This document shows, one piece after another, positions 39,774 to 49,650 of a DNA stretch of 64,000 nucleotides (positions within the stretch are counted from its first letter, which is position 1; every line of letters begins with the position of its first letter). Both the position numbers and the translations under genes were made by a program. The notes below the pieces were generated by a model that saw nothing but the letters and a program-made list of their open reading frames with translations, ran no database searches and had not been told where the DNA came from. The DNA is taken from the NCBI GenBank assembly GCA_040880505.1, contig JBBDIH010000212.1, forward strand, positions 22,751-86,750, read 5' to 3'. The stretch is from Minisyncoccota bacterium (GTDB taxonomy: Bacteria > Patescibacteriota > Minisyncoccia > UBA6257 > GWB1-50-10).

Positions 39774-40807
39774 AAAACATATTATTCAAAAAATTTATAG
39801 GAATAGACTTAGGCACAGATAATACTCGCGTCTATATGAAGGGCAGAGGAATTATTATTAATGAGCCTTCAATAGTAGCTTATAACAATAGAACTAGCAG
39901 AGTTGTTGCCGTAGGTAGACAAGCAAAATCAATGCTTTCCCGTACACCTTCTCATATAACGGCTCTTCGCCCAATGTCTAATGGGGTTATAGCTGATTTT
40001 GATATGGCGAAAGAAATGATTCAATCATTTTTAAGAAGTTCAGAATTACCTTGGTCCTGGTTTACGCATATTATAGGCACTGTACCAACCAACCTTACTG
40101 AGGTTGAAAGAAAATCAGTAATTGATTTATTAAAAGAAACAGGTGCTAATGAAGTTAGTTTACTTGAGCAGCCACTGGCTGCAGCTTTTAGTAGTCAATT
40201 AAGCGTTCATACACCATCCGCATACATGATTGTTGATATTGGAGCTGGAACTACAGATATGGCTATTATATCTATGAATGGAATAGTTGTTTCAAAAAGA
40301 TTAAAAATAGCTGGTGATCATTTTAACGAAGAAATAATAAAAGGTGTGAAAAACGATATAAAATTAAACATTGGAGAACCAACATCAGAAGAGATTAAAC
40401 TAGCTGTGGGATCTGCTCTTCCTAGATCAAGCGAGAGTTTAGAAGTAACTATTAGAGGAAGAGATATTAGTACAGGATTACCAAAAGAAGTTACAGTAAA
40501 AGATTCTCAAGTTAGATCTTGGATTTCCGATTCATTAAAGACTATCTCATCATCTTTAAAAGATTTAATTGATATGACACCGCCAGAATTAGTAGGTGAT
40601 ATATATAAAAACGGTATTTATATGTGTGGAGGAGGATCACTTTTAAGAGGGATAGATGAGCTTATAGAAAAAGAAATAGGAGTTGAAGTAAATATTGTTG
40701 ATGAGCCTATAACTTGTGTTGCTAGAGGCTCTGGTGTTATTACAGAAAAATTTGAAGATTATAAGCATCTATTAAACAATTTTCCTTCACCTCTTCTTGA
40801 TAACTAA
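39770..40807 (+). CDS. mreB: Rod shape-determining protein MreB paralog 2
   Basis: GIDLGTDNT, NEPSIVA, DIGAGTT, TPPELVGDI, GGGSLL; upstream of mreC. Confidence 0.92.
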   Translation: MKNILFKKFIGIDLGTDNTRVYMKGRGIIINEPSIVAYNNRTSRVVAVGRQAKSMLSRTPSHITALRPMSNGVIADFDMAKEMIQSFLRSSELPWSWFTHIIGTVPTNLTEVERKSVIDLLKETGANEVSLLEQPLAAAFSSQLSVHTPSAYMIVDIGAGTTDMAIISMNGIVVSKRLKIAGDHFNEEIIKGVKNDIKLNIGEPTSEEIKLAVGSALPRSSESLEVTIRGRDISTGLPKEVTVKDSQVRSWISDSLKTISSSLKDLIDMTPPELVGDIYKNGIYMCGGGSLLRGIDELIEKEIGVEVNIVDEPITCVARGSGVITEKFEDYKHLLNNFPSPLLDN

Positions 40808-40824
40808 ATAAATTATTTAAACAA

Positions 40825-41514
40825 ATGAAATCACTTAGAAGTTTTGTTATTTTATTCATACTTCTTCTATTAATTATTGTGATTTTCTTTAGTAAATTTT
40901 CAATTTCATCTTTTATAAATAATATTTCAGATAGAATGAATAATATTTTTTCATCTACTTATTCATTAGAGGAATTTGAAAAAATAAAATTAGAAAATCA
41001 AAAATTAAAATCAGAAATAGAAAATTTAGAAAAATCCATAATATCAAATAGAGGAGAGGAATTAGAAGGATTTGTTTACTCAAGATATCCTTTTTCTGGT
41101 AAAGAAAATATAATTATAAACCTAGGCAAAAAGGATGGTGTATCAGAAGAAATGGCAGTTCTTACAGAAGAGGGTTTTCTTTTGGGTAAAGTAATAAATG
41201 TAAATAATTTTACTAGTGAAATAGAAACTATTTTTAATTCTGAATGGAAAAGTAGTGCTAGTGTCGGATTAGAAAATAAAGCAGTTTTAATAGGAGGTAA
41301 TAATCTCAAACTAGATCTAGTTTCTAAACAGGCTTTATTATCAACTGGTGATGAAGTCTTGAATAGCTCTTCAGAATTTCCATTTAATTCTTTAATTGGT
41401 TTTGTTAATGAAGTAAAAAATAACTCTAGTGATACCTGGTTAGAGGTCTCTGTTAATGTACCTTATAGTTTAAATGAAGTTAGAAAAGTTATAGTTTTAA
41501 CTCAATTTCCATAA
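40825..41514 (+). CDS. mreC: Rod shape-determining protein MreC
   Basis: TM helix + coiled coil, IINLGKKDGV, LLGKV, GDEV; synteny with mreB. Confidence 0.88.
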   Translation: MKSLRSFVILFILLLLIIVIFFSKFSISSFINNISDRMNNIFSSTYSLEEFEKIKLENQKLKSEIENLEKSIISNRGEELEGFVYSRYPFSGKENIIINLGKKDGVSEEMAVLTEEGFLLGKVINVNNFTSEIETIFNSEWKSSASVGLENKAVLIGGNNLKLDLVSKQALLSTGDEVLNSSSEFPFNSLIGFVNEVKNNSSDTWLEVSVNVPYSLNEVRKVIVLTQFP

Positions 41515-42002
41515 TGATTATTTTAACAAAATCGATTATTTACACATTTATAATTACTCTCTTTTTATTAATCCAAGAAAGTTTATTTTTATTAGACATG
41601 AACCTGACATTAAATCTTGTTTTAATAGGTCTATCATTAATTATTTTTTTTGAAGAAGAAGTATTTTTAAAAATATATCCAGTTATTTTTTTCTCTCTTC
41701 TTCTTTTTTCTTGGTTTTGGTTTAGTTTATGGATTCATGAATTTATTATTTTTCTTTTAGTCGGATTTATTATTTTTTATTTATTTAAAGAATTCAAAGT
41801 AAAAAATGATTTTATAGACATTAATTTATTATTTTTCAGTTACTTTATTTTCTTCTTTTTATTTAGATACATCTTTGATTTTGTTTATTTTGATTTTGCT
41901 TTAATAGCTAGACCTCTTTTATATATTGTAATTATAGGTAATTTATTATTTTTGATTTTATTTAATTTTATAAACCAATGGACAATAAAACCCCACAACT
42001 AG
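41514..42002 (+). CDS. mreD: MreD-like integral membrane protein
   Basis: 162 aa, highly hydrophobic, lies between mreC and the PBP2 gene; assignment mainly from synteny. Confidence 0.6.
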   Translation: MIILTKSIIYTFIITLFLLIQESLFLLDMNLTLNLVLIGLSLIIFFEEEVFLKIYPVIFFSLLLFSWFWFSLWIHEFIIFLLVGFIIFYLFKEFKVKNDFIDINLLFFSYFIFFFLFRYIFDFVYFDFALIARPLLYIVIIGNLLFLILFNFINQWTIKPHN

Positions 42003-43810
42003 AGGACATATTAGTTGATAAAATTTCAGAAGACGAACTTCTTGAAGTTCCTTTAAATAAAAGAGTTTTTACTCTTTTTTTATCATTTCTTTTTATAATT
42101 GTTTCAGTAGTATCAATTCAGTTTTTTAATATTTCTATTTTTAATTATGATTTTTATGACAAAAGTGCTTCTGCTAATTTTTCAAGATATGAAGTTGAAA
42201 GAGCTCCAAGAGGAATAATAAACGATAGAAATGGTGAGCCCCTACTACAAAACGAACCTTCATTTAAAACGTTTCTTTCTTTTAATAGATTACCAAAGGA
42301 TGAAAAATCAATTGAAGAAGTTTTAATTGATATAAGCAAGAAATTTAATTTATCTCAAGAGGAATTATTTGAAGAAGTTAAAAATCACGACTGGACAACA
42401 GGAAGATTTTTAATAAAAACAAATATATCTCATGATGAACTTGTTTCTATATCTTCATATGACATACCAGGACTAGACATAGAGCCCTCATTTTCGAGAA
42501 ATCATTACCATCCTTTAGCTTTTAGTCACATCTTAGGTTATACGGGTTTAGTAACTAAGCCTGACATAGAATCAAATCCAGACTTATACATTGAAGATGT
42601 TATTGGTAAAACAGGTCTAGAGTATTTTTATGATAACTACCTTAGGGGAGTAAATGGAAGAAGAATTAGAATTACCAATGCAATAGGTGAAACTCAAGAA
42701 TCTAATATTGTTAATAAACCAATAATAGGTAATGAATTAGATACTTTTATAGATAGAGATTTACAAGTTTATTTTTATGAAAGATTAAAACAGCAGATTG
42801 ATGCATTAGGCACTAACGCTGGAGCAGTTGGTTTAGCTGTTAATCCTCAAAATGGTGAAGTTTTAGCTTTAATTAATTTGCCTTCGTATAACATTAATAA
42901 TATAAAAGATTATTTATTTGGAGATAATGAACCGCTATTCAATAGATCTGTAAGTGGAGTGTATAATCCAGGTTCAACAGTAAAGCCCTTAGTGGCTATA
43001 GCTGGCCTAGAAGAGGGAGTAATAGATGACGATGATACTTTTTATTCACCAGGGTACCTAGAAATACCAAACAGGTTTAATCCATCAAATCCATCAAGAT
43101 TTATGGACTGGAAACCTCATGGTTGGGTAGATGTTTATTCAGCTTTAGCCAGATCAAGTAATGTGTATTTTTATATAACTGGAGGTGGTTATGAAGACAC
43201 AACTGGTTTAGGTATTAGTAGACTTAATAAGTGGTGGCATAAATTTAATTTAGGTGATAAAACTGAAATTGATATACCAGGAGAAAGCATTGGTCTTTTA
43301 CCAGATCCTGAATGGAAAGAAGAAGTTACAGGAAGAAGTTGGTTACTAGGTGATACTTATAACGTAAGTATTGGTCAAGGAGACTTTGCTATAACTCCTC
43401 TTGGTTTAATTAACTATATTAGTTCGATTGCTAATAGAGGGGAAATAAACCAGTTAAGAGTATCAAAGAAACAAGAGCGAAGAGTACTTAAAGACATATC
43501 AAATGATATAAGTGAGAATACTTTTAATATAGTTGAGCAAGGAATGATAGATGCAGTTGAAAAAAGTTATGGTACTGCTAATTCTTTATCTAATCTGCCA
43601 ATTTCTATAGCTGCTAAAACTGGTAGTGCTGAAGTTGGTATAAATAAATCTAGCGAAAATGCTTTCTTCATTGGTTATGCTCCAGTTGAAAATCCAGAAA
43701 TAGCCATCCTTGTTTTAATAGAAAACTCACAAGAAGGAAGTTTAAACGCTGTTCCAGTAGCGAGAGACGTTTTCATGTGGTATTATGAAAACCAAATAAA
43801 TAAACCCTAA
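41978..43810 (+). CDS. mrdA: Penicillin-binding protein 2 (class B transpeptidase)
   Basis: APRGIINDRNG, GKTGLE, PGSTVK (SxxK), SSN, KTGSAE. Confidence 0.93.
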   Translation: MDNKTPQLEDILVDKISEDELLEVPLNKRVFTLFLSFLFIIVSVVSIQFFNISIFNYDFYDKSASANFSRYEVERAPRGIINDRNGEPLLQNEPSFKTFLSFNRLPKDEKSIEEVLIDISKKFNLSQEELFEEVKNHDWTTGRFLIKTNISHDELVSISSYDIPGLDIEPSFSRNHYHPLAFSHILGYTGLVTKPDIESNPDLYIEDVIGKTGLEYFYDNYLRGVNGRRIRITNAIGETQESNIVNKPIIGNELDTFIDRDLQVYFYERLKQQIDALGTNAGAVGLAVNPQNGEVLALINLPSYNINNIKDYLFGDNEPLFNRSVSGVYNPGSTVKPLVAIAGLEEGVIDDDDTFYSPGYLEIPNRFNPSNPSRFMDWKPHGWVDVYSALARSSNVYFYITGGGYEDTTGLGISRLNKWWHKFNLGDKTEIDIPGESIGLLPDPEWKEEVTGRSWLLGDTYNVSIGQGDFAITPLGLINYISSIANRGEINQLRVSKKQERRVLKDISNDISENTFNIVEQGMIDAVEKSYGTANSLSNLPISIAAKTGSAEVGINKSSENAFFIGYAPVENPEIAILVLIENSQEGSLNAVPVARDVFMWYYENQINKP

Positions 43811-43827
43811 AAAGAAAAAACAATATT

Positions 43828-44286
43828 ATGGATACATTTTACTTATCAAAAAAACGTTTTGATGCTTTAGAAAAAGAGTTAGAAGAACTTAAATCTAAGG
43901 GTCGCTATGAAGTAGCTGAAAAGTTGAAGTCAGCTAAAGATCTTGGTGATTTATCAGAAAACTTTGAGTACCAAGAAGCCAAAAAAGAAAAAGACCAGTT
44001 AGAGCAAAAAATTAATAGGATTGAATCTATTGTTAGAAATGCAGAAATCATTAAAAAACCATCTAAAACAGATGTTGTTACTGTTGGCTCAAAAGTAACT
44101 ATTAAAAGAGATGGTAAGTCTGTCACTTATACAATTGTTGGATCTAATGAAACTGATCCAGAGCAGGGATATATATCTAACGAATCTCCAATAGGAACTA
44201 ACCTTTTAGGTAAGAGAAAAGGTGATGAATTTGAAATTAAAACACCAAAAGGTAAAGTTTCCTGCAAAATAACAAAAATAGAGTAA
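43828..44286 (+). CDS. greA: Transcription elongation factor GreA
   Basis: GDLSENFEY, ISNESPIG..LLG. Confidence 0.97.
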   Translation: MDTFYLSKKRFDALEKELEELKSKGRYEVAEKLKSAKDLGDLSENFEYQEAKKEKDQLEQKINRIESIVRNAEIIKKPSKTDVVTVGSKVTIKRDGKSVTYTIVGSNETDPEQGYISNESPIGTNLLGKRKGDEFEIKTPKGKVSCKITKIE

Positions 44287-44310
44287 GACCTAAACACCAA
44301 AGCATAGCCC

Positions 44311-44337
44311 GGTATCCATTTTATATGGATGCTTTTT
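44311..44337 (+). terminator. Intrinsic terminator after greA
   Basis: GGTATCCAT tttat ATGGATGCT followed by a T-tract. Confidence 0.65.
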
Positions 44338-44392
44338 ATTTTGTAGTGATTAGATTACTCTGCTATCATATTATTAAACTAAATTTTAATAT

Positions 44393-45841
44393 ATGAGCTT
44401 AGAAGACATAAAAAAAGACAGAATAAAAAAGTTAGAAACTTACAAAAAAGAAAGTAACCCTTATCCAGCACGTGTAGAGAAGAACATTAGTATTGAAGAA
44501 ATACTTAATAATTTTTCTGATCTAGAGAAATCTCAAGAAAAACAATCTATCGTAGGTAGAGTTATGGCTTTTCGTGATATGGGTAAAATCATCTTTTCTG
44601 ATTTATCTGATGAAACAGGAAAAATTCAAGCTGTAATAAAAGAAGGTGATGTAGAAAATTTTGAACTTATTCAAGAGACAGTAGATATAGGAGATTTCTT
44701 AGAAATTAAAGGTCCTGTATTTGAAACAAAGAGAGGAGAAAAAAGTTTACTAGCTAGTTCGGTTTTAATTGCTACAAAAAGCATTAGACCAATACCAAAA
44801 AGTTTTTATGGAATTGAAGACACAGAAACAAAGCTAAGAAAAAGATATCTTGATCTTCTTTTAAATAAAGATATAAAAGATTTATTTGTTAAAAAAAATA
44901 AATTTTGGAAAACAGTAAGAAATTATTTAGAAGAAAACGAATTTTTAGAAGTAGAAACTCCTGTGTTAGAAGCTATTCCTGGGGGAGCAGAAGCAGAACC
45001 ATTTGTAACTCATCACAATGCACTAGATAAAGATTTTTACTTAAGAATTTCTTTAGAACTTCCTTTAAAGAAAATACTAGTTGGAGGTTTTGAAAAAGTT
45101 TTTGAAATAGGAAGAATCTTTAGAAACGAAGGCATGAGTAAAGAGCATTTACAAGATTATACTCAAATGGAGTGTTACCGTGCTTACTGGGACTACAATG
45201 ATATGATGAAATTTACTGAAGAGATGTATAAAAACATAATTAAAAATATATTCGGTAAACTAGAAACTACTTATGGAGAAAATACTATAGACTGGAGTGG
45301 AGAGTGGGAGAAAGTAGAGTACTTTAAAGCTTTTGAAAAAGAAACCGGAATTGATTTAAATGAAACGTCTATAGATGAACTAAAAGAAAAAGCAAAAGAG
45401 TTAGGTATAAATTTAGAAAATAATTTAGGAAAGGGTAGATTAATCGATTTAATTTATAAAAAAACAGTAAGACCAAAATTAATTAAACCATCCTTTTTAA
45501 TTGATCCACCAATTGAAGTTGAACCATTAGCAAAACGTCATGAGGACAACCCTAATAAAGTAGAGAGGTTCCAGATTGTAGCAGCTGGGACTGAATTAGG
45601 AAAAGGATTTTCTGAACTTAATGATCCACAAGATCAAAGAGAAAGATTTGAACAGCAGATGAAACTGAGAGAGCAAGGAGATGATGAAGCTCAAATGTTA
45701 AGTGAAGACTTCTTAGAAGCTTTAGAGTATGGAATGCCTCCAGCAGCCGGATTTGGAATGTCCGAAAGATTATTTGCTGTTCTAATGAACAGACCGGTTA
45801 GAGAAACTGTAATATTCCCACTAATGAGAGAAGACAAATAA
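44393..45841 (+). CDS. lysS: Lysine--tRNA ligase (class II)
   Basis: GGAEAEPFVTHHN, YLRISLEL, IFRNEG, YGMPPAAG. Confidence 0.97.
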   Translation: MSLEDIKKDRIKKLETYKKESNPYPARVEKNISIEEILNNFSDLEKSQEKQSIVGRVMAFRDMGKIIFSDLSDETGKIQAVIKEGDVENFELIQETVDIGDFLEIKGPVFETKRGEKSLLASSVLIATKSIRPIPKSFYGIEDTETKLRKRYLDLLLNKDIKDLFVKKNKFWKTVRNYLEENEFLEVETPVLEAIPGGAEAEPFVTHHNALDKDFYLRISLELPLKKILVGGFEKVFEIGRIFRNEGMSKEHLQDYTQMECYRAYWDYNDMMKFTEEMYKNIIKNIFGKLETTYGENTIDWSGEWEKVEYFKAFEKETGIDLNETSIDELKEKAKELGINLENNLGKGRLIDLIYKKTVRPKLIKPSFLIDPPIEVEPLAKRHEDNPNKVERFQIVAAGTELGKGFSELNDPQDQRERFEQQMKLREQGDDEAQMLSEDFLEALEYGMPPAAGFGMSERLFAVLMNRPVRETVIFPLMREDK

Positions 45842-45863
45842 AAAAGCGCATGAATTCATGCGC
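45840..45863 (-). terminator. Terminator between the convergent lysS and minus-strand gene
   Basis: Perfect palindrome GCGCATGAATTCATGCGC (45846-45863) preceded by an A-tract. Confidence 0.65.
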
Positions 45864-45884
45864 CTTAAATTTTAGAGTTGTAAT

Positions 45885-46598
45885 TTAAAATGAATAAGTG
45901 GTAATTAAGCTAAACTGAGTTTCTACTGAAGGAATATTAGAAATAATAGGCGGTACAGCCTGAAAAGTCAGTGAAAAAGGTAATGAGTTGTGACTTGCTG
46001 ATATAGAAGGTGATATAAACAATCCATCATTATCGCCTGTAAAATCAATATAGAAAATACTATTAGAAATAGATATTCCTACAGAATTAATTTTAAACAG
46101 ATTTTGTAATGAAGTTGTTGTCATTAAAAAGTGACCATTAAGTGTTCTGTCTCCCATGCCATGAGAGTACCAGTACTTAAATGATTGATCGATTTCCATT
46201 TTTTCTATTTCAGTAGAGGTTTCTCCATAAACTTCAAAAGCTAGATATCTTGTAGATTCTCTAACCAAATCTCCATTAAGTTTATCACTATAATTTTGAC
46301 CAAAGGTTGAGTAATCAACACCAAGACTAAGATTTTGAATTGGTTTATATTTTAACCATATATCTGAAAACCATATATGACCTTCATAAGTAAAAGCCAT
46401 ATCAGTTACAACAATTACTTTTCCGTAATCAACAGATATATCTCCATAAAAAGCAGGCTCCTCTATACCAAAAGATGGGATAGGAGATGCTCCGGAAGTC
46501 ATAAAAGAAAGATTACCAGAAACATCTTGTCCAAGAACTGTGCCTTCAATTCCAAATATAATCAGTAAAGTTGTTAAAAAACCATAGATTATTTTCAT
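45885..46598 (-). CDS. Hypothetical secreted protein, beta-barrel outer-membrane-protein-like
   Basis: Signal peptide (..VLG/Q), amphipathic beta-strands, C-terminal FSLITTYSF; GGAG RBS. Confidence 0.65.
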   Translation of the reverse strand: MKIIYGFLTTLLIIFGIEGTVLGQDVSGNLSFMTSGASPIPSFGIEEPAFYGDISVDYGKVIVVTDMAFTYEGHIWFSDIWLKYKPIQNLSLGVDYSTFGQNYSDKLNGDLVRESTRYLAFEVYGETSTEIEKMEIDQSFKYWYSHGMGDRTLNGHFLMTTTSLQNLFKINSVGISISNSIFYIDFTGDNDGLFISPSISASHNSLPFSLTFQAVPPIISNIPSVETQFSLITTYSF

Positions 46599-46642
46599 TT
46601 AAATCTCCATATTTAGTTTTCAATTATTATTAACTGCTTTAA

Positions 46643-46671
46643 ATTATATAATATATATCAATATCTGTCAA
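46643..46671 (-). promoter_or_regulatory. Perfect consensus sigma70 promoter
   Basis: Minus strand TTGACA-17 bp-TATAAT upstream of the 45885..46598 gene. Confidence 0.8.
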
Positions 46672-46673
46672 AG

Positions 46674-46716
46674 ATTTATGCCCTCGGGAGGCATAAATTT
46701 CTGGGGATAACTTTTT
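46674..46716. repeat. Dispersed palindromic repeat, copy 4 (reverse orientation, one arm truncated)
   Basis: ATTTATGCCCTCGGGAGGCATAAATTTCTGGGGATAACTTTTT is the exact reverse complement of 9932-9974. Confidence 0.93.
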
Positions 46717-46756
46717 TTTATTTATCTTTTTTCCTATTACTTGCTATTATTAAAAC

Positions 46757-48013
46757 ATGTTAGATATAAACTTAATTAGAGAAAATCCTGAAAAAGTAAA
46801 AGAAGGCATCAAAAAGAAAAACATAGACGAAAGTCTTGTTGATAAATTTTTAGAAGTAGACGAAGAATGGAGATCTCAATCTACTGAATTTGATAACCTA
46901 AAAGCAGAGCAAAATAAAATCAGTAAAAAAATATCATCAGGTGGTAAAGATGATGACTTAATTAAACAAGCAAAAGAATTAAAAGAAAAACTTTCAGAAA
47001 TATCTGAAAAAGAAAAAACCTTAAACGAAGAGAGAATGAATATTCTTTCTCAAATACCAAACATTCCTTCAGAAAAAGCTTTAGTTGGTAAAGGAGAAGA
47101 GGACAATAAAGTTATAAGAACAGTAGGTGATAAACCTAAATTTGATTTTGAACCAAAAGACTACATGGAGATAGGAGAGTCTTTAGGGATAATTGATATG
47201 AAGCGTGCTGCAGAAATATCTGGTAGTAGATTTAGCTATTTACTAGGTAAGGCCGCACTACTTGAGTTTGGGTTAGTGCAACTCGCAATGGAAACTTTAG
47301 TTGAAAAAGGATTTAAACCAATAGTTCCTCCAGTGATGGTAAAACCAGAGATTATGCAGAAGATGGGTAAAGGAAAGTTTTTAGAAGAAAATGATGCTTT
47401 TTATGTGAATGAAGATAATCTTTATATGGCAGGGTCATCAGAACATACTATAGGACCATTTCATATGAATGAAGTACTTAGAGGTAAAGATTTACCTATT
47501 AGGTATATTGGATTTTCAACTTGTTTTAGAAGAGAAGCGGGTTCATATGGGAAAGACACAAAAGGAATTCTTAGAGTTCATCAATTTGATAAAGCTGAAA
47601 TGTTTTCAATTACAACTCCTGATAAATCTGAAGAAGAACACGAGTTTTTAGTAAGCTGTCAGGAACAACTTCTTCAAAAACTTGAACTTCCATATCAGGT
47701 TTTAGAAGTTTGTACTGGTGATATGACTTGGGCTGATTCAAGGCAATATGATTTAGAAACTTGGATTCCGTCTCAAAATAAATACAGAGAAACTAACTCA
47801 GCTTCTAACACAACTGACTTTCAGTCTAGAGGAGTTAATATTAAATATGATAAAGGTGGCAGTACTGAGTTTGTACATATGTTAAATGCTACTGCTTTTG
47901 CAATGGGCAGAATATTAATTGCTTTAATAGAAAATCATCAGACTAAAGAGGGAACAATAATAATTCCAAAATCTTTACAGAAATATGTGAATTTTGAAGA
48001 GATAACCCTGTAA
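46757..48013 (+). CDS. serS: Serine--tRNA ligase
   Basis: MLDINLIREN, CFRREAGSYGKDTKG..RVHQFDK, TDFQSR, HMLNAT. Confidence 0.98.
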   Translation: MLDINLIRENPEKVKEGIKKKNIDESLVDKFLEVDEEWRSQSTEFDNLKAEQNKISKKISSGGKDDDLIKQAKELKEKLSEISEKEKTLNEERMNILSQIPNIPSEKALVGKGEEDNKVIRTVGDKPKFDFEPKDYMEIGESLGIIDMKRAAEISGSRFSYLLGKAALLEFGLVQLAMETLVEKGFKPIVPPVMVKPEIMQKMGKGKFLEENDAFYVNEDNLYMAGSSEHTIGPFHMNEVLRGKDLPIRYIGFSTCFRREAGSYGKDTKGILRVHQFDKAEMFSITTPDKSEEEHEFLVSCQEQLLQKLELPYQVLEVCTGDMTWADSRQYDLETWIPSQNKYRETNSASNTTDFQSRGVNIKYDKGGSTEFVHMLNATAFAMGRILIALIENHQTKEGTIIIPKSLQKYVNFEEITL

Positions 48014-48014
48014 G

Positions 48015-48797
48015 ATGAGAAGAAGAAAGAAGAAAATAAAACCTTTTTGGAAAGCTGTAATAATTTTTAAATTATCAGTTCTTATATTAGCGGGTTTAGG
48101 GTATGTTGTTTTAAATTCAAATTTTCTTAAAGTACAATCTTTAAGTTTTTTAGGTTCTGATTATTATAATGAAAATATATTGAGAGCAAGCATCTTAACC
48201 CAAGTTTTAGAAGAAAAGAAATTTTTAGCTGTTTTAGGGTCTAATAATATTCTTTTTTGGATTTTTGCAGATGATAAAGGGACAATAAATGTAAACAGAA
48301 AAACTCTTTATTTAGATAAGATAACAGTAAAAACAAACCCACTAAAAAGAGAGGTGAAAATAAACATGGAAGAAAAAGATGTTTTTGGTGTTATTTGTGA
48401 TAAAGAAGAGAATTGTTTTGCTTTTGATAATCAAGGCTTGATATTTTCTCAAGCACCTTCTGTAAAAGGATCATTAATAATGAGAATAGATGAACTTACT
48501 GGAGACCAGATTATTATAGGAGAAAAAGTTTTTTCTAGAGAAGAATGGACTGAAAATGTTTTTACTATATTTTTAAATGTTAAAAATAATGGATTTAATC
48601 CTTCAAGTGTAACAATTAAACCAGCTGAACTTAGGGAGTTTAGTATAACTATGTCTTCAGGATTAGTGTTTCATTTTAGTCTTGAATTTGTTCCAGAGGA
48701 TTTTAATAATGTTTTAAAAGCAGTAAATAGAAAATTAGAAATAGAAAATATTAATTATATAGATTTTAAAGTTCCTGACAGAATATATTATCAATAG
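48015..48797 (+). CDS. FtsQ/DivIB-like membrane protein
   Basis: Basic N-tail, TM helix, POTRA-like region, C-terminal YIDFKVPDRIYY. Confidence 0.6.
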   Translation: MRRRKKKIKPFWKAVIIFKLSVLILAGLGYVVLNSNFLKVQSLSFLGSDYYNENILRASILTQVLEEKKFLAVLGSNNILFWIFADDKGTINVNRKTLYLDKITVKTNPLKREVKINMEEKDVFGVICDKEENCFAFDNQGLIFSQAPSVKGSLIMRIDELTGDQIIIGEKVFSREEWTENVFTIFLNVKNNGFNPSSVTIKPAELREFSITMSSGLVFHFSLEFVPEDFNNVLKAVNRKLEIENINYIDFKVPDRIYYQ

Positions 48798-48814
48798 TAT
48801 AATTAATAATAATT

Positions 48815-49588
48815 ATGATAAAAAATAAATTTAACAATAAAGGATTTTCACTAGTAGAACTTTTGATATATATAGGTATATTTGCTGCTAGTGCTGTTTT
48901 TTTAGTAAGTATCTTAATCATTTTCACTAGGATTCATGTTAGACAAACTTCTGTAAATGAGGTTAATTCTCAAGTCTCTTTTGTTAATAATTTTATTCAA
49001 AACAAAGTAAGAGAAGCCTCTCTTATAGACATGAATGCAGGAATATCAACAACAACTATTAACTTAAGAATGGCATCAAGCACTATGGACCCAACATTAA
49101 TTTACTGGGAAGATGAAACAGTTTTCTTCAAAGAAGGATCAAATGATCCAATTCCTTTAACTAACTCTAATGTGTCAATTTCTGATTTTTCTGTAGTTAA
49201 GTATCAAAATCCTGGAGGACATGACATAGCTCAAGTTCACTTAACCGTTAATTACAATACAGATAATTCCAGAGCAGAGTATCAAAGAAGCATAAGAACA
49301 GCCATAAGTAGAGTTTCTGCAGCTACTTTTGATTCGGATATTTTGCCGAATCAAGGTAATTCTTTTGATATAGGTAATTCCAGCCAAAATTGGAGAGATG
49401 CTTACTTTTCAGGACACATAGGTGTTGGCACAACTCCAGTTTCTAGTGCAAGTATTAAGGTAACAGATGATATATCATTTACTCAATCAGATATTGGAGT
49501 TATTTTAGTTGCTCCAGACAGTTCTTGTTTTAGAATTAGTATTGATAATGCCGGTGCTCTCTCAACGTCCTCTGTAGCTTGTCCTTAA
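48815..49588 (+). CDS. Type IV minor pilin / prepilin-type N-terminal cleavage domain protein
   Basis: KG|FSLVELLIYIGIF class III signal peptide. Confidence 0.85.
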   Translation: MIKNKFNNKGFSLVELLIYIGIFAASAVFLVSILIIFTRIHVRQTSVNEVNSQVSFVNNFIQNKVREASLIDMNAGISTTTINLRMASSTMDPTLIYWEDETVFFKEGSNDPIPLTNSNVSISDFSVVKYQNPGGHDIAQVHLTVNYNTDNSRAEYQRSIRTAISRVSAATFDSDILPNQGNSFDIGNSSQNWRDAYFSGHIGVGTTPVSSASIKVTDDISFTQSDIGVILVAPDSSCFRISIDNAGALSTSSVACP

Positions 49589-49604
49589 ATTATAAAACAC
49601 TCTA

Positions 49605-49631
49605 CTAGCACTTGACTGCTTTAAGTGCTAG
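49605..49631. promoter_or_regulatory. CIRCE element (HrcA operator)
   Basis: CTAGCACTT-N9-AAGTGCTAG versus consensus TTAGCACTC-N9-GAGTGCTAA, directly upstream of hrcA. Confidence 0.9.
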
Positions 49632-49640
49632 TGATAGAAT
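49612..49640 (+). promoter_or_regulatory. Sigma70 promoter of the hrcA-grpE-dnaK operon, overlapped by CIRCE
   Basis: TTGACT-17 bp-TAGAAT with extended -10 TG. Confidence 0.8.
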
Positions 49641-49650
49641 TTTTATCGTG

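Noticed and set aside
9933-46716. Palindromic repeat family as a CRISPR array
   Set aside because: Copies are kilobases apart with no repeat-spacer periodicity and no cas genes.
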